In this document: piece after piece, positions 19,602-29,339 of the stretch | Layout of the letters: the number at the start of each line of letters is the position of its first letter | Numbering within the stretch: the stretch's first letter is position 1 | NCBI GenBank assembly: GCA_965207735.1 | Contig: OZ242296.1 | Location: 5,184,001 to 5,248,000 of the forward strand | DNA: 64,000 nucleotides | Source: Candidatus Versatilivorator sp. | GTDB lineage: Bacteria; Acidobacteriota; Terriglobia; Versatilivoradales; Versatilivoraceae | Direction of reading: 5' to 3' | Notes under the pieces: generated by a model | Seen by the model: only the letters and a program-made list of their open reading frames with translations | Told to the model about the DNA's origin: nothing | Databases searched by the model: none | Made by a program: the position numbers and the translations under genes

Positions 19602-21302
19602 ATGCTGAAGTTCCTCGAAATACGCGATTTCGCCTTGGTCGACCATCTCTCCCTGCAGTTCCGGGAGGGATTGAACCTGTTGACGGGGGAGACAGGTTCG
19701 GGCAAGTCGATCATCGTCGATGCCCTGGGTTTGCTGGCGGGAGCCAAGGCGCGGGTCGAAATGGTTCGTACCGGGTCCGGCAGAGCCTCGGTCTCGGGCT
19801 GCTTCGAGGGCGTGGAGGGGTTGCGCGGCCTGCTGGAGGCGAGCGGGCTCGAGTTCGATCCGGAGGAGGTGATCGTCAGGAGAGAGGTCGTTCCGGATGG
19901 CAGGGGACGAGCTTTCGTCAACAACCGGATGGTCCCGGTTGCCTTCCTGAGGAAGCTGGGGCCCCATTGTGTCGACATTCACGGGCAGAGCGACCAACAG
20001 TCCCTGTTCGGTCGCGATTCCCAGTTGCAGTGGCTCGATCTCTTCGGCGGCCATCGGGTCCCCCTGGCTGAAGTCGGAGGCCTCTTCGCCAGGCTGCAGC
20101 AGCGCCGGGAGCAGCTCCGGAGATTGAAATTGAGCGAGCAGGAGAGGTTGCGAGCTATCGATCTGATGTCGTTTCAGGTCGATGAAATCCGCAAGGCGGA
20201 ATTGTCCTCCCCCGATGAAGAATCTCAGCTTCTGGAGGAGCGACGGCTGCTCTCCAACGCGGACCGTCTGTTCCAGGCCTCTCATCAGGCCCATGCCCAC
20301 CTCTACGAATCGGAGGACTCGATAGGCGCCCGGCTCAGGCAGACCGGCCGGCTGCTGGAGGAGTTGGGCTCTTTGGACGCCCGCTGCCAGGGCCTTCAGG
20401 AGCAGTTTCAATCGGCTTGCATCAGCATAGAGGATGTCTCGCTGGCGTTGCGGGAGTATGCCTCCAGGATCGAGGTGGACCCCGCCCGGTTGGATCGGAT
20501 CGAGGGGCGTCTGGTTGAAATCGACCGTCTCAAGCGAAAGTACGGGGAATCGCTTGAGGCGGTCATGGCCTATGGCCAACGGATCGAAGCAGAACTGCAG
20601 GAACTGCAGGAAGCCGACCGCAGGGTCGAGGCTATCGAGAAGGAGCTGCAGGATCTGGAGAGCGACTATCTGAGTCGGGCCGGGTCACTCAGCCTCCGGC
20701 GAAAAAAGGCCGCCGGGAGACTCGAGCGCTCCATGGGCAACGAGTTGGGACAACTGGCCATGGAAAAAACCCGGTTCAGGGTGGCCTTCTCTTCCGTTTC
20801 CGGCCGTGGTGGGGACGGCTCAACCGGAGCGAGGATCCCGGGGACGGCGCGTGGGACCGACCTCATCGATTTCCTGATCAGCCCCAATCCGGGTGAAGAT
20901 CTGAAGGTCCTGGCCAAGATCGCCTCCGGCGGAGAGGTCTCGAGGATCATGTTGGCCTTGAAGACCATTCGTTCCATCGATGATCGGGGGAAAACGCTGG
21001 TCTTTGACGAGGTCGACAGCGGCATCGGTGGTCGGGCTGCCGACGTGGTGGGGCGGAAGCTCAAGGTCCTTTCCAAGGCCAACCAGGTATTGTGCGTGAC
21101 GCACCTCCCGCAGATTGCCTCCTATGCCGACAACCACTTTCACATAGAGAAGAGGGTGGAGAAAGACCGGACTGTGACCCGGGTCGTCCACCTCGACCGG
21201 GAGAGCCGCATTCGAGAAATTGCCCGCATGATCAGCGGGGAACGGGTGACCGACAGTGTCCTGACCCATGCCGCCGAGCTCCTGAAGAGCGCTTCCAACT
21301 GA
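19602..21302 (+). CDS. recN: DNA repair protein RecN
   Basis: LTGETGSGKS Walker A, IHGQ, ASGGEVSRIMLA, FDEVDSGIGG, VTHLPQIA. Confidence 0.97.
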   Translation: MLKFLEIRDFALVDHLSLQFREGLNLLTGETGSGKSIIVDALGLLAGAKARVEMVRTGSGRASVSGCFEGVEGLRGLLEASGLEFDPEEVIVRREVVPDGRGRAFVNNRMVPVAFLRKLGPHCVDIHGQSDQQSLFGRDSQLQWLDLFGGHRVPLAEVGGLFARLQQRREQLRRLKLSEQERLRAIDLMSFQVDEIRKAELSSPDEESQLLEERRLLSNADRLFQASHQAHAHLYESEDSIGARLRQTGRLLEELGSLDARCQGLQEQFQSACISIEDVSLALREYASRIEVDPARLDRIEGRLVEIDRLKRKYGESLEAVMAYGQRIEAELQELQEADRRVEAIEKELQDLESDYLSRAGSLSLRRKKAAGRLERSMGNELGQLAMEKTRFRVAFSSVSGRGGDGSTGARIPGTARGTDLIDFLISPNPGEDLKVLAKIASGGEVSRIMLALKTIRSIDDRGKTLVFDEVDSGIGGRAADVVGRKLKVLSKANQVLCVTHLPQIASYADNHFHIEKRVEKDRTVTRVVHLDRESRIREIARMISGERVTDSVLTHAAELLKSASN

Positions 21303-21504
21303 GAAGAGACACGGGTATGCCTTTGGTGGATTACTCGTTTTGAGAATCCACGTTTTCTGCCTAGGGTTAAGGCTCGACTTTGCCGGCGGCTTCCTGCATT
21401 CTTTAGTGACGGTTCACGCAAGTTTCCGGCGCGAGCCGACGGATTCCGGTTCCATCGGCTTTCCTGATCCGGCCGGCATGAACGGCCTTCATTCACCGTC
21501 GACC

Positions 21505-22830
21505 ATGGTCCAAGGCAAGAAGTTCTTCATCGAGACATTCGGTTGTCAGATGAATCATCACGACTCCGAGAAGGTCTCCGGCACCCTCGTGAAGATGGGA
21601 TACGTCCCCACCTCCAACGCAGCCGAGGCCGATCTGCTGCTGCTCAACACCTGCAATATCCGGGAGAAAGCCAACCAGAAGGTGTTCTCCCGCCTGGGAG
21701 CCGTCCGTCAAACCTATGGAGCTAAGCCTACCGCCAAGATCGGCCTGCTGGGTTGCATGGCGCAGATGGAGGGGAACTCGATCTTCAAGAAGGCGCCCAA
21801 GGTAGACCTGGTGGTCGGGTCCAGCAGTTACTCCTTTCTACCGGACCTGGTTACCAGGCTGGAGCAGGGAGAGCGGAAGGTGATCGACGTTTCCCAGGAC
21901 AGCGACCGATTGTTCGAAACCGAGGCCGGAACCCGGGAGAGTCCCTACAAGGCCTTCGTCACCATTATGGAGGGGTGCAACCGCTTTTGCTCCTTCTGCG
22001 TCGTTCCCTACACCCGGGGACCCGAGCGCAGCCGGCCCGGACGACACGTTCTGGCCGAAGTGGAGCGCTTGTCCTCCCAGGGGTTCAGGGAAATCACCCT
22101 GCTCGGTCAGACGGTCAACTCCTGGCGGGACCCTCTGGGAGAGATTGCCTCCTTCACCGACCTGCTGCGTCGAGTGGCGCAAATCGGGGGAATCCGGCGT
22201 GTGCGCTTCACCTCTCCCCATCCGAGCGACTTTCAGCCCGACATCGTCGAGGTGATCGAGTCGGTCCCCGAAGTCTGCAACCAGATTCATCTGCCCTTGC
22301 AGTCGGGCTCCACACCCGTTCTGCAGCGAATGAAGCGAGACTACACTCGCGAGCAATACCTGGAAAAGGTGGCCTTCCTGCAGCGCTCCAAGAGGGAGAT
22401 CGCCCTCTCCACCGACATCATCGTGGGGTTCCCTGGAGAGACCCAGCAGCAGTTCGAGGAGACGCTCTCGATGGTGGAGATGGTCGGATACGACTCCATG
22501 TATTCCTTCAAGTTCTCTCCCCGTCCGGGGACCGAGGCCTTCGCATTCCAGGATGGGATTCCTGAGGCGGAGAAGAGCCGCCGGCTGCAGGTCCTCCAGC
22601 AATTTCAACGCAAGATACAACTCGAGAAACATGCCCGTCTGGTGGGAAGACAATTCGAAGTCCTGGTCGACGGAAGCAGCCGGAGGGACAGCCAGGTGCT
22701 GGCGGGGCGAACGACTCAGAACAAGGTCGTCAACTTCAGCGGCCCTCCCGAATTGCTTGGCCGAATCGTGCCGGTGAGAGTGACTGGCTACGCCCCCAAC
22801 AGTTTGCAGGGAGAATTGGTTCGGTGCTAG
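21505..22830 (+). CDS. miaB: tRNA-2-methylthio-N6-dimethylallyladenosine synthase
   Basis: ETFGCQMN, NTCNIREKA, GCNRFCSFCVVPYTRG radical SAM motif, TRAM domain. Confidence 0.96.
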   Translation: MVQGKKFFIETFGCQMNHHDSEKVSGTLVKMGYVPTSNAAEADLLLLNTCNIREKANQKVFSRLGAVRQTYGAKPTAKIGLLGCMAQMEGNSIFKKAPKVDLVVGSSSYSFLPDLVTRLEQGERKVIDVSQDSDRLFETEAGTRESPYKAFVTIMEGCNRFCSFCVVPYTRGPERSRPGRHVLAEVERLSSQGFREITLLGQTVNSWRDPLGEIASFTDLLRRVAQIGGIRRVRFTSPHPSDFQPDIVEVIESVPEVCNQIHLPLQSGSTPVLQRMKRDYTREQYLEKVAFLQRSKREIALSTDIIVGFPGETQQQFEETLSMVEMVGYDSMYSFKFSPRPGTEAFAFQDGIPEAEKSRRLQVLQQFQRKIQLEKHARLVGRQFEVLVDGSSRRDSQVLAGRTTQNKVVNFSGPPELLGRIVPVRVTGYAPNSLQGELVRC

Positions 22831-22879
22831 ACTGCATTCGGTGGGTGCAGCAGGGCCCTGGAGACCGAGGAGCTCGAGA

Positions 22880-23365
22880 ATGCAGATTGAAATGAAGATT
22901 CGAGGCTTGATGATGGATCCGGTCACCAATGTGCCCATCGTGATCCTGAAGGGGGCTGAGGGCAACGCCCTGTTGCCCATTTGGGTTGGCGTTTACGAGG
23001 CCAATGCCATTGCCCTGGAGATCGAAAAAATCTCCAGCCCGAGACCCATGACCCACGATCTGCTGAGAAACGTCCTGAACGGTTTGAGCTGTTCGGTGAT
23101 GAAGGTGGTGGTGAACCAGCTCAAGGACGATACCTTCTATGCCATCATCTGGCTGGAACGGGAAGGCCGCCTGATCTCGATCGACTCTCGCCCCAGCGAC
23201 GCCCTGGCTCTGGCGCTGCGCACGGATTCTCCGATTTTCGTTGAGGAAGAGGTCATCAAGACCTCCAAGGCAGCCTCGGCCGACAAGGAGAAGTCGGGCG
23301 ACGAGGAACTGAAGCGTTGGCTGGAGAATCTGAATGACGAGGACCTGGGCAAATACAAGATGTAG
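22880..23365 (+). CDS. Bifunctional nuclease family protein (DUF151)
   Basis: LPIWVG.YEANAIA, PRPMTHDLL, IDSRPSDALALALR. Confidence 0.92.
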   Translation: MQIEMKIRGLMMDPVTNVPIVILKGAEGNALLPIWVGVYEANAIALEIEKISSPRPMTHDLLRNVLNGLSCSVMKVVVNQLKDDTFYAIIWLEREGRLISIDSRPSDALALALRTDSPIFVEEEVIKTSKAASADKEKSGDEELKRWLENLNDEDLGKYKM

Positions 23366-23474
23366 CCCGATTATCTTGCGCTGGTTGGCGTCAGGACTAT
23401 AATGGAGGACGTTTCCCAGAAGAATCCTGACCGATTCGGCGCAAACTCGCGCCGGGGTTTTTGAGGAGGAAGCC

Positions 23475-24104
23475 ATGAGACGATTACTCTCGGGCCTCTG
23501 TCGGTTCTGCGGCCGGATGGTTTTGGCGGCGGGCCTGTGCGTGCTGGTGGCCGGCTTGGTGGATGGACCTCACTCACCGCTTTCCGCCAACCAAAAGAAG
23601 TCAGCGGGCAAGTCCAAGAAGAAGGGCAAGAAAAACCGGCAGCCGGTGGAAGAGGCTGCGCCGGAGCCGGCGGTGGAGCAGGCCGATGTGCCCAAGCCGC
23701 CCCAGAATGACTTTACCGTTCAGGTTTACGACAAGATGGACGAAGCCGATCTGCAGACGGAGACGTTCACGGACCAGTATGAAATCGACCAGGTCAGCCA
23801 GGATGTGGAGGTGGTGATCACCTATTACAACTGGTCCCTTGGCAAGAAGGACTACTGGAATCGGCAGATCAGCGTCGACACCAAGTCGCCTTCGGGAGTC
23901 ATCGTCGAACACATCACCAAGAGCGGTTTTGGGGATTTGGGCTATGTGCCGGAAGGCAAAACCGTCACTACGGACGTCTATCGCAAGGAACAGGTGGTCG
24001 TCCGGGGGGACGTCGCCACCGCCCGGATGGTCGACAAGGAGATCGGAACCGAGGAGCAGGAACGATTCAAGTACCTGATGACCAAGTTCGTTCTGGACAA
24101 GTGA
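23475..24104 (+). CDS. Hypothetical exported protein
   Basis: GAGGAG RBS, hydrophobic signal segment, Lys-rich linker. Confidence 0.65.
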   Translation: MRRLLSGLCRFCGRMVLAAGLCVLVAGLVDGPHSPLSANQKKSAGKSKKKGKKNRQPVEEAAPEPAVEQADVPKPPQNDFTVQVYDKMDEADLQTETFTDQYEIDQVSQDVEVVITYYNWSLGKKDYWNRQISVDTKSPSGVIVEHITKSGFGDLGYVPEGKTVTTDVYRKEQVVVRGDVATARMVDKEIGTEEQERFKYLMTKFVLDK

Positions 24105-24149
24105 TCCCAACCTGAGAACCTCCGTCTGCCGTTGCTCTCCGATGTACCC

Positions 24150-25313
24150 ATGAAATATTCCTCCGCAAGGAGGATGCTTCTGCTTGTCCCGTTGCTGGTC
24201 CTGGCCATGCCGGTCCAGCTTCAGGCCAAGAAGCTCTTCCAAAAAGCGGCCAAGAGGCAGTTGAAGCTCTACCTGGTGGAGATCTGCGATTGGATCGAGA
24301 CCCAGGGCGCCGAGGAGTCCGAGTCCGCCGCCGGGACTTCGGCCGCTTCCATTCGGGCCCTGCTGGCCGGCTACGATCTGGCCGGAAGGCAAAAACGCTA
24401 CCTGAATGCAGCCTTGGAGTGGAGCGATCGGCTGATTGCGCAGCAGCAGCCGGTGCAGACAGCATCCGGCAAGCCGGGGGCATTGTGGGTCGGCCGGAAT
24501 GACGGCCTGCCCTTGAACTCGGCGGATTCCTGCCTGGCGGCGACTGCCCTGGCCCGGACCCATGTCTACGCGGACAAGTCCCGGAAGCGAACCTATCGCG
24601 AGGCTCTGGAACGGTACGCCCGGGTCCTGGTCGACGGTTACCGAGGGGTTGAGGCCAGGAAGGGTTGGGAGGGATCGAGTGGCTGGGTCATCGCCGGAGG
24701 CGAGGACGCGGGCGCCATCGCCATGGGAACTCTGGACGGCCGGCTCTCAGACCGACCTTCCACGGCTTCCACGGCGGCCGGCGGCCTGTTTTTTTCTCAG
24801 CTCTACGAGATCACCGAGAATCCGGAATACCGGCGCCTGGCGGCCGAGGCGGTGCGTTGGCTGATCCGCAGCCGGAGGCCCAATGGGCAGATCCCCTCCA
24901 TCCTGGACGGAACCGTCTCTTTGAAGGGCTCCCTGGGGGTCATCCCCTATTGGGCCGAGGCGGTTCAAGCCGCATTCTACCTGTTGGACGATCGGGATCT
25001 GACCGGTTGGATGCTGGTGGAGTTGGATCTCACCGTCCGCTGGCTGCTGAGGATCCGAAGCGAGCAGGGACTGTGGGGCGAAGGAGCCGAGCAAAGGGTC
25101 ACCACCAGTGTCGCCACCCTGCTGGCCTGGTTCTACCTGAACGCCGATTCGGACGAATCCATCCCGCCCACCCTCAATCCGCCCTGGAAGCTCTGGCTGA
25201 ATCCGGTTCACGCGCAGTCGTTCGGCGTGATGGTAGATGAGCCCGTCTCGGGCCTGGTGGGGATGACCGCGGCCGAGATGATCAAGCCGGGAATCACCTT
25301 CAGAAAAAAATAA
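24150..25313 (+). CDS. Hypothetical secreted alpha/alpha-toroid protein
   Basis: Signal peptide; repeated helical-hairpin patterns (LYEITENPEYRRLAAEAVRWL). Confidence 0.65.
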   Translation: MKYSSARRMLLLVPLLVLAMPVQLQAKKLFQKAAKRQLKLYLVEICDWIETQGAEESESAAGTSAASIRALLAGYDLAGRQKRYLNAALEWSDRLIAQQQPVQTASGKPGALWVGRNDGLPLNSADSCLAATALARTHVYADKSRKRTYREALERYARVLVDGYRGVEARKGWEGSSGWVIAGGEDAGAIAMGTLDGRLSDRPSTASTAAGGLFFSQLYEITENPEYRRLAAEAVRWLIRSRRPNGQIPSILDGTVSLKGSLGVIPYWAEAVQAAFYLLDDRDLTGWMLVELDLTVRWLLRIRSEQGLWGEGAEQRVTTSVATLLAWFYLNADSDESIPPTLNPPWKLWLNPVHAQSFGVMVDEPVSGLVGMTAAEMIKPGITFRKK

Positions 25314-25322
25314 GGCAAGCGG

Positions 25323-26588
25323 CTATCGCTCCGGTAGCTCCACCGCTCTGAGGTTTCGAAAGTCCAGGTTGGTTGTGGGGTCGTGGGCTTGCAGGCTAAA
25401 AGTGCCTCCCTCCAGTCGGGCTTCCTTCCTGGCGTTCTTTCCTTCGGCGCGACCGTCCACGAAGTCGCTGACCGGATAGCCGTTCACCCATACCGCGATG
25501 TGGCGGCCCTTGGCCGTGATCGTCTTGGTGAAGAACTCACCGTCATTTGGAATGACTCGCCGGGCGGGATGGTAGAAATAGAGGCCGCCCGTGCCGAAAT
25601 CCACCGGCTTGGTGCGATCGCCGCTTTCGAACTGGTTTCGAATCTGGGACTCGTAGCCTGTCCAGAATCCCCCCGAGTCACCGCGAAAAAAGACGCCGCT
25701 ATTGGGATGGGTGTCGGCGTCCGGCGCATTGGTCCGGATGTCGAGCTGGAATACGAAGTCCTTGAAGGTCTTTTCCGTTTCAAGTTGCCCCGCTCCCTTT
25801 TCCACGTGCATCAGTCCCTCTTTGACCGACCAATGGTGCGGCATCGGCTTGTTTGGCCGGTCCACCTTGCGCCAGCCCTTCAGGCTCTCGCCGTCGAACA
25901 GCGGACCCAGGCCCAGGGGTTTCAGCTTGAGGTTGCGGAATTCTATTTTCTTGCCCTGGTTGTACTGGAGGCCGATGTGCCCCGTCCGGTGGGCCTCGGT
26001 TCGGGCATCCAGGATCTGCTCGCCATTGAGCCGCACCAGGAAATGGTCGCCTTGAACCGTGATCTCATAGCTTTGCCAGAGGTCCGGGTCGGTGGCCACC
26101 GGTTTGGCCTGGATGTGGTTGACCAGGCTGCCGGTGGTATAGCTGGCGTGTGAATCGCAAATCTGGAGCTCGTATCCGGTTTGGTGAGGTTCCCCCTCCT
26201 TGAGGGACCGCAGAAAGACTCCGCTGTTGCCGTCGGCGGCAGTGCGATATTCCAGTTTCAGCAGATAGTCGGCGAATTGCGCATTGGTGGCCAACCACCC
26301 GGAGTCGCCGGAGGCAGCCGAGAGGACCCCGTCCTCGATCTGCCATGCAGCGCCTCCCATTGCCTTCCAGCCGAAAGTGGTCTCGCCGTCCCAAAGAAGG
26401 ATCCAGCCCTGGCTGACCTCCTCGGGAGTGAGGGTATTGGGCAGGGACCCGGTTTTCGGTGGGGACTCGGTCTGGGGAGGCGAAGTCTGCAGGGCCTCGC
26501 AAGCGAGCAGGAACAGCGTGCAGAAGCTCAATCCAATGGCGCCCATCCGGGAGCCTGTCCGTCGACTGCTTGCAAGCGGGTGGTTCAA
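25323..26588 (-). CDS. Lipoprotein with two DUF1080 (3-keto-disaccharide hydrolase-like) domains
   Basis: LLAC lipobox; NSGVFLR/NSGVFFR, GYELQI/GYESQI, GHIGLQ, FRNL motifs twice. Confidence 0.88.
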   Translation of the reverse strand: MNHPLASSRRTGSRMGAIGLSFCTLFLLACEALQTSPPQTESPPKTGSLPNTLTPEEVSQGWILLWDGETTFGWKAMGGAAWQIEDGVLSAASGDSGWLATNAQFADYLLKLEYRTAADGNSGVFLRSLKEGEPHQTGYELQICDSHASYTTGSLVNHIQAKPVATDPDLWQSYEITVQGDHFLVRLNGEQILDARTEAHRTGHIGLQYNQGKKIEFRNLKLKPLGLGPLFDGESLKGWRKVDRPNKPMPHHWSVKEGLMHVEKGAGQLETEKTFKDFVFQLDIRTNAPDADTHPNSGVFFRGDSGGFWTGYESQIRNQFESGDRTKPVDFGTGGLYFYHPARRVIPNDGEFFTKTITAKGRHIAVWVNGYPVSDFVDGRAEGKNARKEARLEGGTFSLQAHDPTTNLDFRNLRAVELPER

Positions 26589-26604
26589 GTTTGACCTCCT
26601 GGAG

Positions 26605-26644
26605 TGAGGAATGATGAATGATGAGTGAGGAATGATGAATGAGG
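26605..26644 (+). repeat. Heptamer tandem repeat (TGAKGAA)n
   Basis: TGAGGAA TGATGAA TGATGAG TGAGGAA TGATGAA TGAGG. Confidence 0.8.
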
Positions 26645-26655
26645 CCGTTCCCCTT

Positions 26656-26676
26656 GGGAGCGCGGGCCTCCGGCCC
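26656..26676 (+). repeat. REP-like element
   Basis: GGGAGCGCGGGCCTCCGGCCC; related copy on the minus strand at 30931-30953. Confidence 0.5.
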
Positions 26677-26927
26677 TACTGCTCCTGAAAGCACAGCTCC
26701 ACCGCCGGTCTCCCGGCGTGCCCGCCAACCCTGCCTTCTTGGACTCCTGACCGTAATCCATGCTTGAATGGCGCACTGAGAATTGTGGTTGGCTGCCGCG
26801 GCGCCGAGTCGAACGGGAGGGCGCATGATACCATAGTCACCGGTTATCCTTTCCGCTTGGTGCCCCGATGAGAATTGGGGGCCGGGGTCACGCTAAAAGG
26901 CGGTTCCTTCCGCGAACGATTCGGTCC

Positions 26928-28982
26928 ATGAGTGCTGTCGATCCAATTCCGGCAGGGTTCCAGGGGCAACGGGTAGTTGCCTTCGAAAGCCGTTTGGCCG
27001 AGGAAATGGCCTCATTGATCTCCAGACACCAGGGTGTGCCCCAACTGGCGCCGGCCATGTCGGAGGTCCCGCTGGAAGAGAACGTCGGCGCCATCCGATT
27101 TGGGGAAAGGCTGCTCCGGGGAGAGGTTGCGGTGGTGGTCTTCATGACAGGCGTGGGAACCCGGACCCTGATGGAGGTGCTGCACAGGCGCTACCGGCAA
27201 CGGGACCTGCTTCGGGCCCTGGCCGGAGCTACCCTGATCGCGCGCGGCCCCAAGCCCATTGCAGCCTTGCGGGCCCTGGGGCTGTCCACGGTCATTCCCG
27301 TTCCCGAACCCAATACCTGGCGAGAAGTTCTGGAAGTGATGGATACCAGCGAGGGTTGCCCCAACCTCTCCGGATTGACGGTGGCCGTTCAGGAGTATGG
27401 GACCCCCAATCGACCCTTTCTGGAAGAACTCGGGAAAAGGGGAGCCGAGGTGCTCCAGGTCCCGGTCTATCGGTGGACGCTGCCCTCCGACACCCGTCCC
27501 CTTTGTCGTGCCATCGATGCCCTGATCGCCGGAACCTGCCAGGTTGCCCTGTTTACCAATTCCGTGCAGGTGTCGCACCTCTTCCAGTTGGCAAGCCAGC
27601 AGCGGAAGGCCGCTGCGTTGCGCCACGCGTTGAACGGTACGGTAACCGCTTCAATCGGGCCCAATTGCAGCCAGGCGCTGCGCCGCGAGCTGGTGCGAGT
27701 GGACCTGGAAGCCGGCCAGCCCAACATGGCCTGCCTGGTGGAGGAGGCCTCCAGGAGAGGCGCCGGCATGACGCGGAGCAAAGAAGCCTCCCCTTCTTCC
27801 AGAGTGGTCGTTCCGGTGGAGGTGGACTCGGGAACTAAGGACCCGTCGACCTGCAACCCGTTGGACAGCAGCGTCTTCATGAGAGCCTGCCGCCGCCGGT
27901 CCACCGAATACACGCCGGTCTGGCTCATGCGCCAGGCCGGGCGCTACATGGCGGAGTACCGGGCTATTCGCTCCAGGACCTCATTTCTCGGCTTGTGCAA
28001 GAACTCCGACCTGGCAGCCGAAGTCACCGTGACCGCGGCCCATCGTCTCGGAGTGGATGCCGCCATCATCTTTGCCGATATCCTTCTGATCGTGGAGCCC
28101 ATGGGCTTGGGTCTCACCTTCGAGGACGGGGAGGGGCCCAGCATCCAGGGGGTGATCCGTTCACAGGCGGAGGTGGATCGTCTGTCGGAAGTCAACCCGG
28201 AGGAATCCCTGTCCTTCGTGTTCGACGCCGTTCGCAAGGCTCGGGCAGGCCTGCGGTCCGACCTGCCGCTGATTGGGTTTGCCGGCGCCCCCTTTACGCT
28301 GGCCTCCTACATCACCGAGGGGGGAGGGTCCAAGAATTACATCCACACCAAGGAGCTGATGTACCGCCATCCCGGAGCCTGGGACAGCATGATGCAGTTG
28401 ATTTCCCGGAGCGTGACCCGGTACCTCAACGGGCAGATTCGCGCCGGGGCGCAGGCCGTTCAGCTCTTCGACAGCTGGGCCGGCTGCCTCAGCCCCGAGG
28501 ACTACCGGCGCTCGGTGCTGCCCTACACCGTCCAGGTGATCGAAAACATCAGGCCCCGAGTACCGGTCATCTACTTCTCGACGGGTACCGGCGGATACCT
28601 GGAGTTGGTTGCGTCGACCGGGGCCGACGTGATCGGGGTGGACTGGCGCATCGACTTGGCTCGGGCCTGGGCCAAGATCGGCGAGGGGCAGGCGGTGCAG
28701 GGCAACCTGGATCCCCTGGCGCTGCTGGGGGATCCCGGGAGCATCGCGGACAAAGCCGGGGAAATCCTGGATCGGGTTGGAGGGCGGCCGGGCCACATTT
28801 TCAATCTGGGCCACGGCGTTCTGCCCCAGACCCCGGTGGATCACGTGGTGAGACTGGTGGACGCCGTTCACGAGCGAAGCCGGAAGGCAGGGTCATCCGA
28901 AGGAGGGGCTTGTCTGAAACAACCGAAAAAAGACAAAAGACTTATCCACGAAGGGGCACGAAGAACGACGAAGGGACACTAA
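26928..28982 (+). CDS. hemE: Uroporphyrinogen-III synthase / uroporphyrinogen decarboxylase fusion (HemD-HemE)
   Basis: N-terminal HemD-like (FESR, ARGPKP, PEPNTW, VQEYG, VPVYRW); C-terminal PVWLMRQAGRYM, LIGFAGAPFTLASY, QLFDSW, FNLGHG. Confidence 0.93.
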   Translation: MSAVDPIPAGFQGQRVVAFESRLAEEMASLISRHQGVPQLAPAMSEVPLEENVGAIRFGERLLRGEVAVVVFMTGVGTRTLMEVLHRRYRQRDLLRALAGATLIARGPKPIAALRALGLSTVIPVPEPNTWREVLEVMDTSEGCPNLSGLTVAVQEYGTPNRPFLEELGKRGAEVLQVPVYRWTLPSDTRPLCRAIDALIAGTCQVALFTNSVQVSHLFQLASQQRKAAALRHALNGTVTASIGPNCSQALRRELVRVDLEAGQPNMACLVEEASRRGAGMTRSKEASPSSRVVVPVEVDSGTKDPSTCNPLDSSVFMRACRRRSTEYTPVWLMRQAGRYMAEYRAIRSRTSFLGLCKNSDLAAEVTVTAAHRLGVDAAIIFADILLIVEPMGLGLTFEDGEGPSIQGVIRSQAEVDRLSEVNPEESLSFVFDAVRKARAGLRSDLPLIGFAGAPFTLASYITEGGGSKNYIHTKELMYRHPGAWDSMMQLISRSVTRYLNGQIRAGAQAVQLFDSWAGCLSPEDYRRSVLPYTVQVIENIRPRVPVIYFSTGTGGYLELVASTGADVIGVDWRIDLARAWAKIGEGQAVQGNLDPLALLGDPGSIADKAGEILDRVGGRPGHIFNLGHGVLPQTPVDHVVRLVDAVHERSRKAGSSEGGACLKQPKKDKRLIHEGARRTTKGH

Positions 28983-29082
28983 GGCGCTGAGGTTGGCCGC
29001 GACGGGGTACCAAGTTCGCGAAAGGATTGTCGATTTCTGATTGTTTCACTCTCGAATGATCTGCACGGTAGGGCAGGGACGG
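28909..29082 (-). repeat. Repeat family B, single unit overlapping the hemE 3' end
   Basis: Reverse complement of the 53147-53332 unit. Confidence 0.88.
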
Positions 29083-29131
29083 GGGGCGGCTAACCGGGTT
29101 GAGCGGGAAGATTTCGGCGGCCAGAAACGGA

Positions 29132-29160
29132 TTGACTTTCCAGGAGAAGGCTCTTAAGGT
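29132..29160 (+). promoter_or_regulatory. sigma70-type promoter of tRNA-Gly
   Basis: TTGACT-17 bp-TAAGGT just upstream of the tRNA. Confidence 0.6.
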
Positions 29161-29171
29161 TTGGAGCATTG

Positions 29172-29246
<75 letters not shown>

Positions 29247-29257
29247 GATTCTAAGAC

Positions 29258-29318
29258 AGGGCTATCGATCAGGACGCGGCCGCTTTCTACGGTCGAGCTT
29301 GGTCGATAGCCCTTTTTT
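29258..29318 (+). terminator. Rho-independent terminator after tRNA-Gly
   Basis: AGGGCTATCGA...TCGATAGCCCT stem followed by a T tract. Confidence 0.75.
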
Positions 29319-29339
29319 GTGGAGAACGACAGGGGTTAG

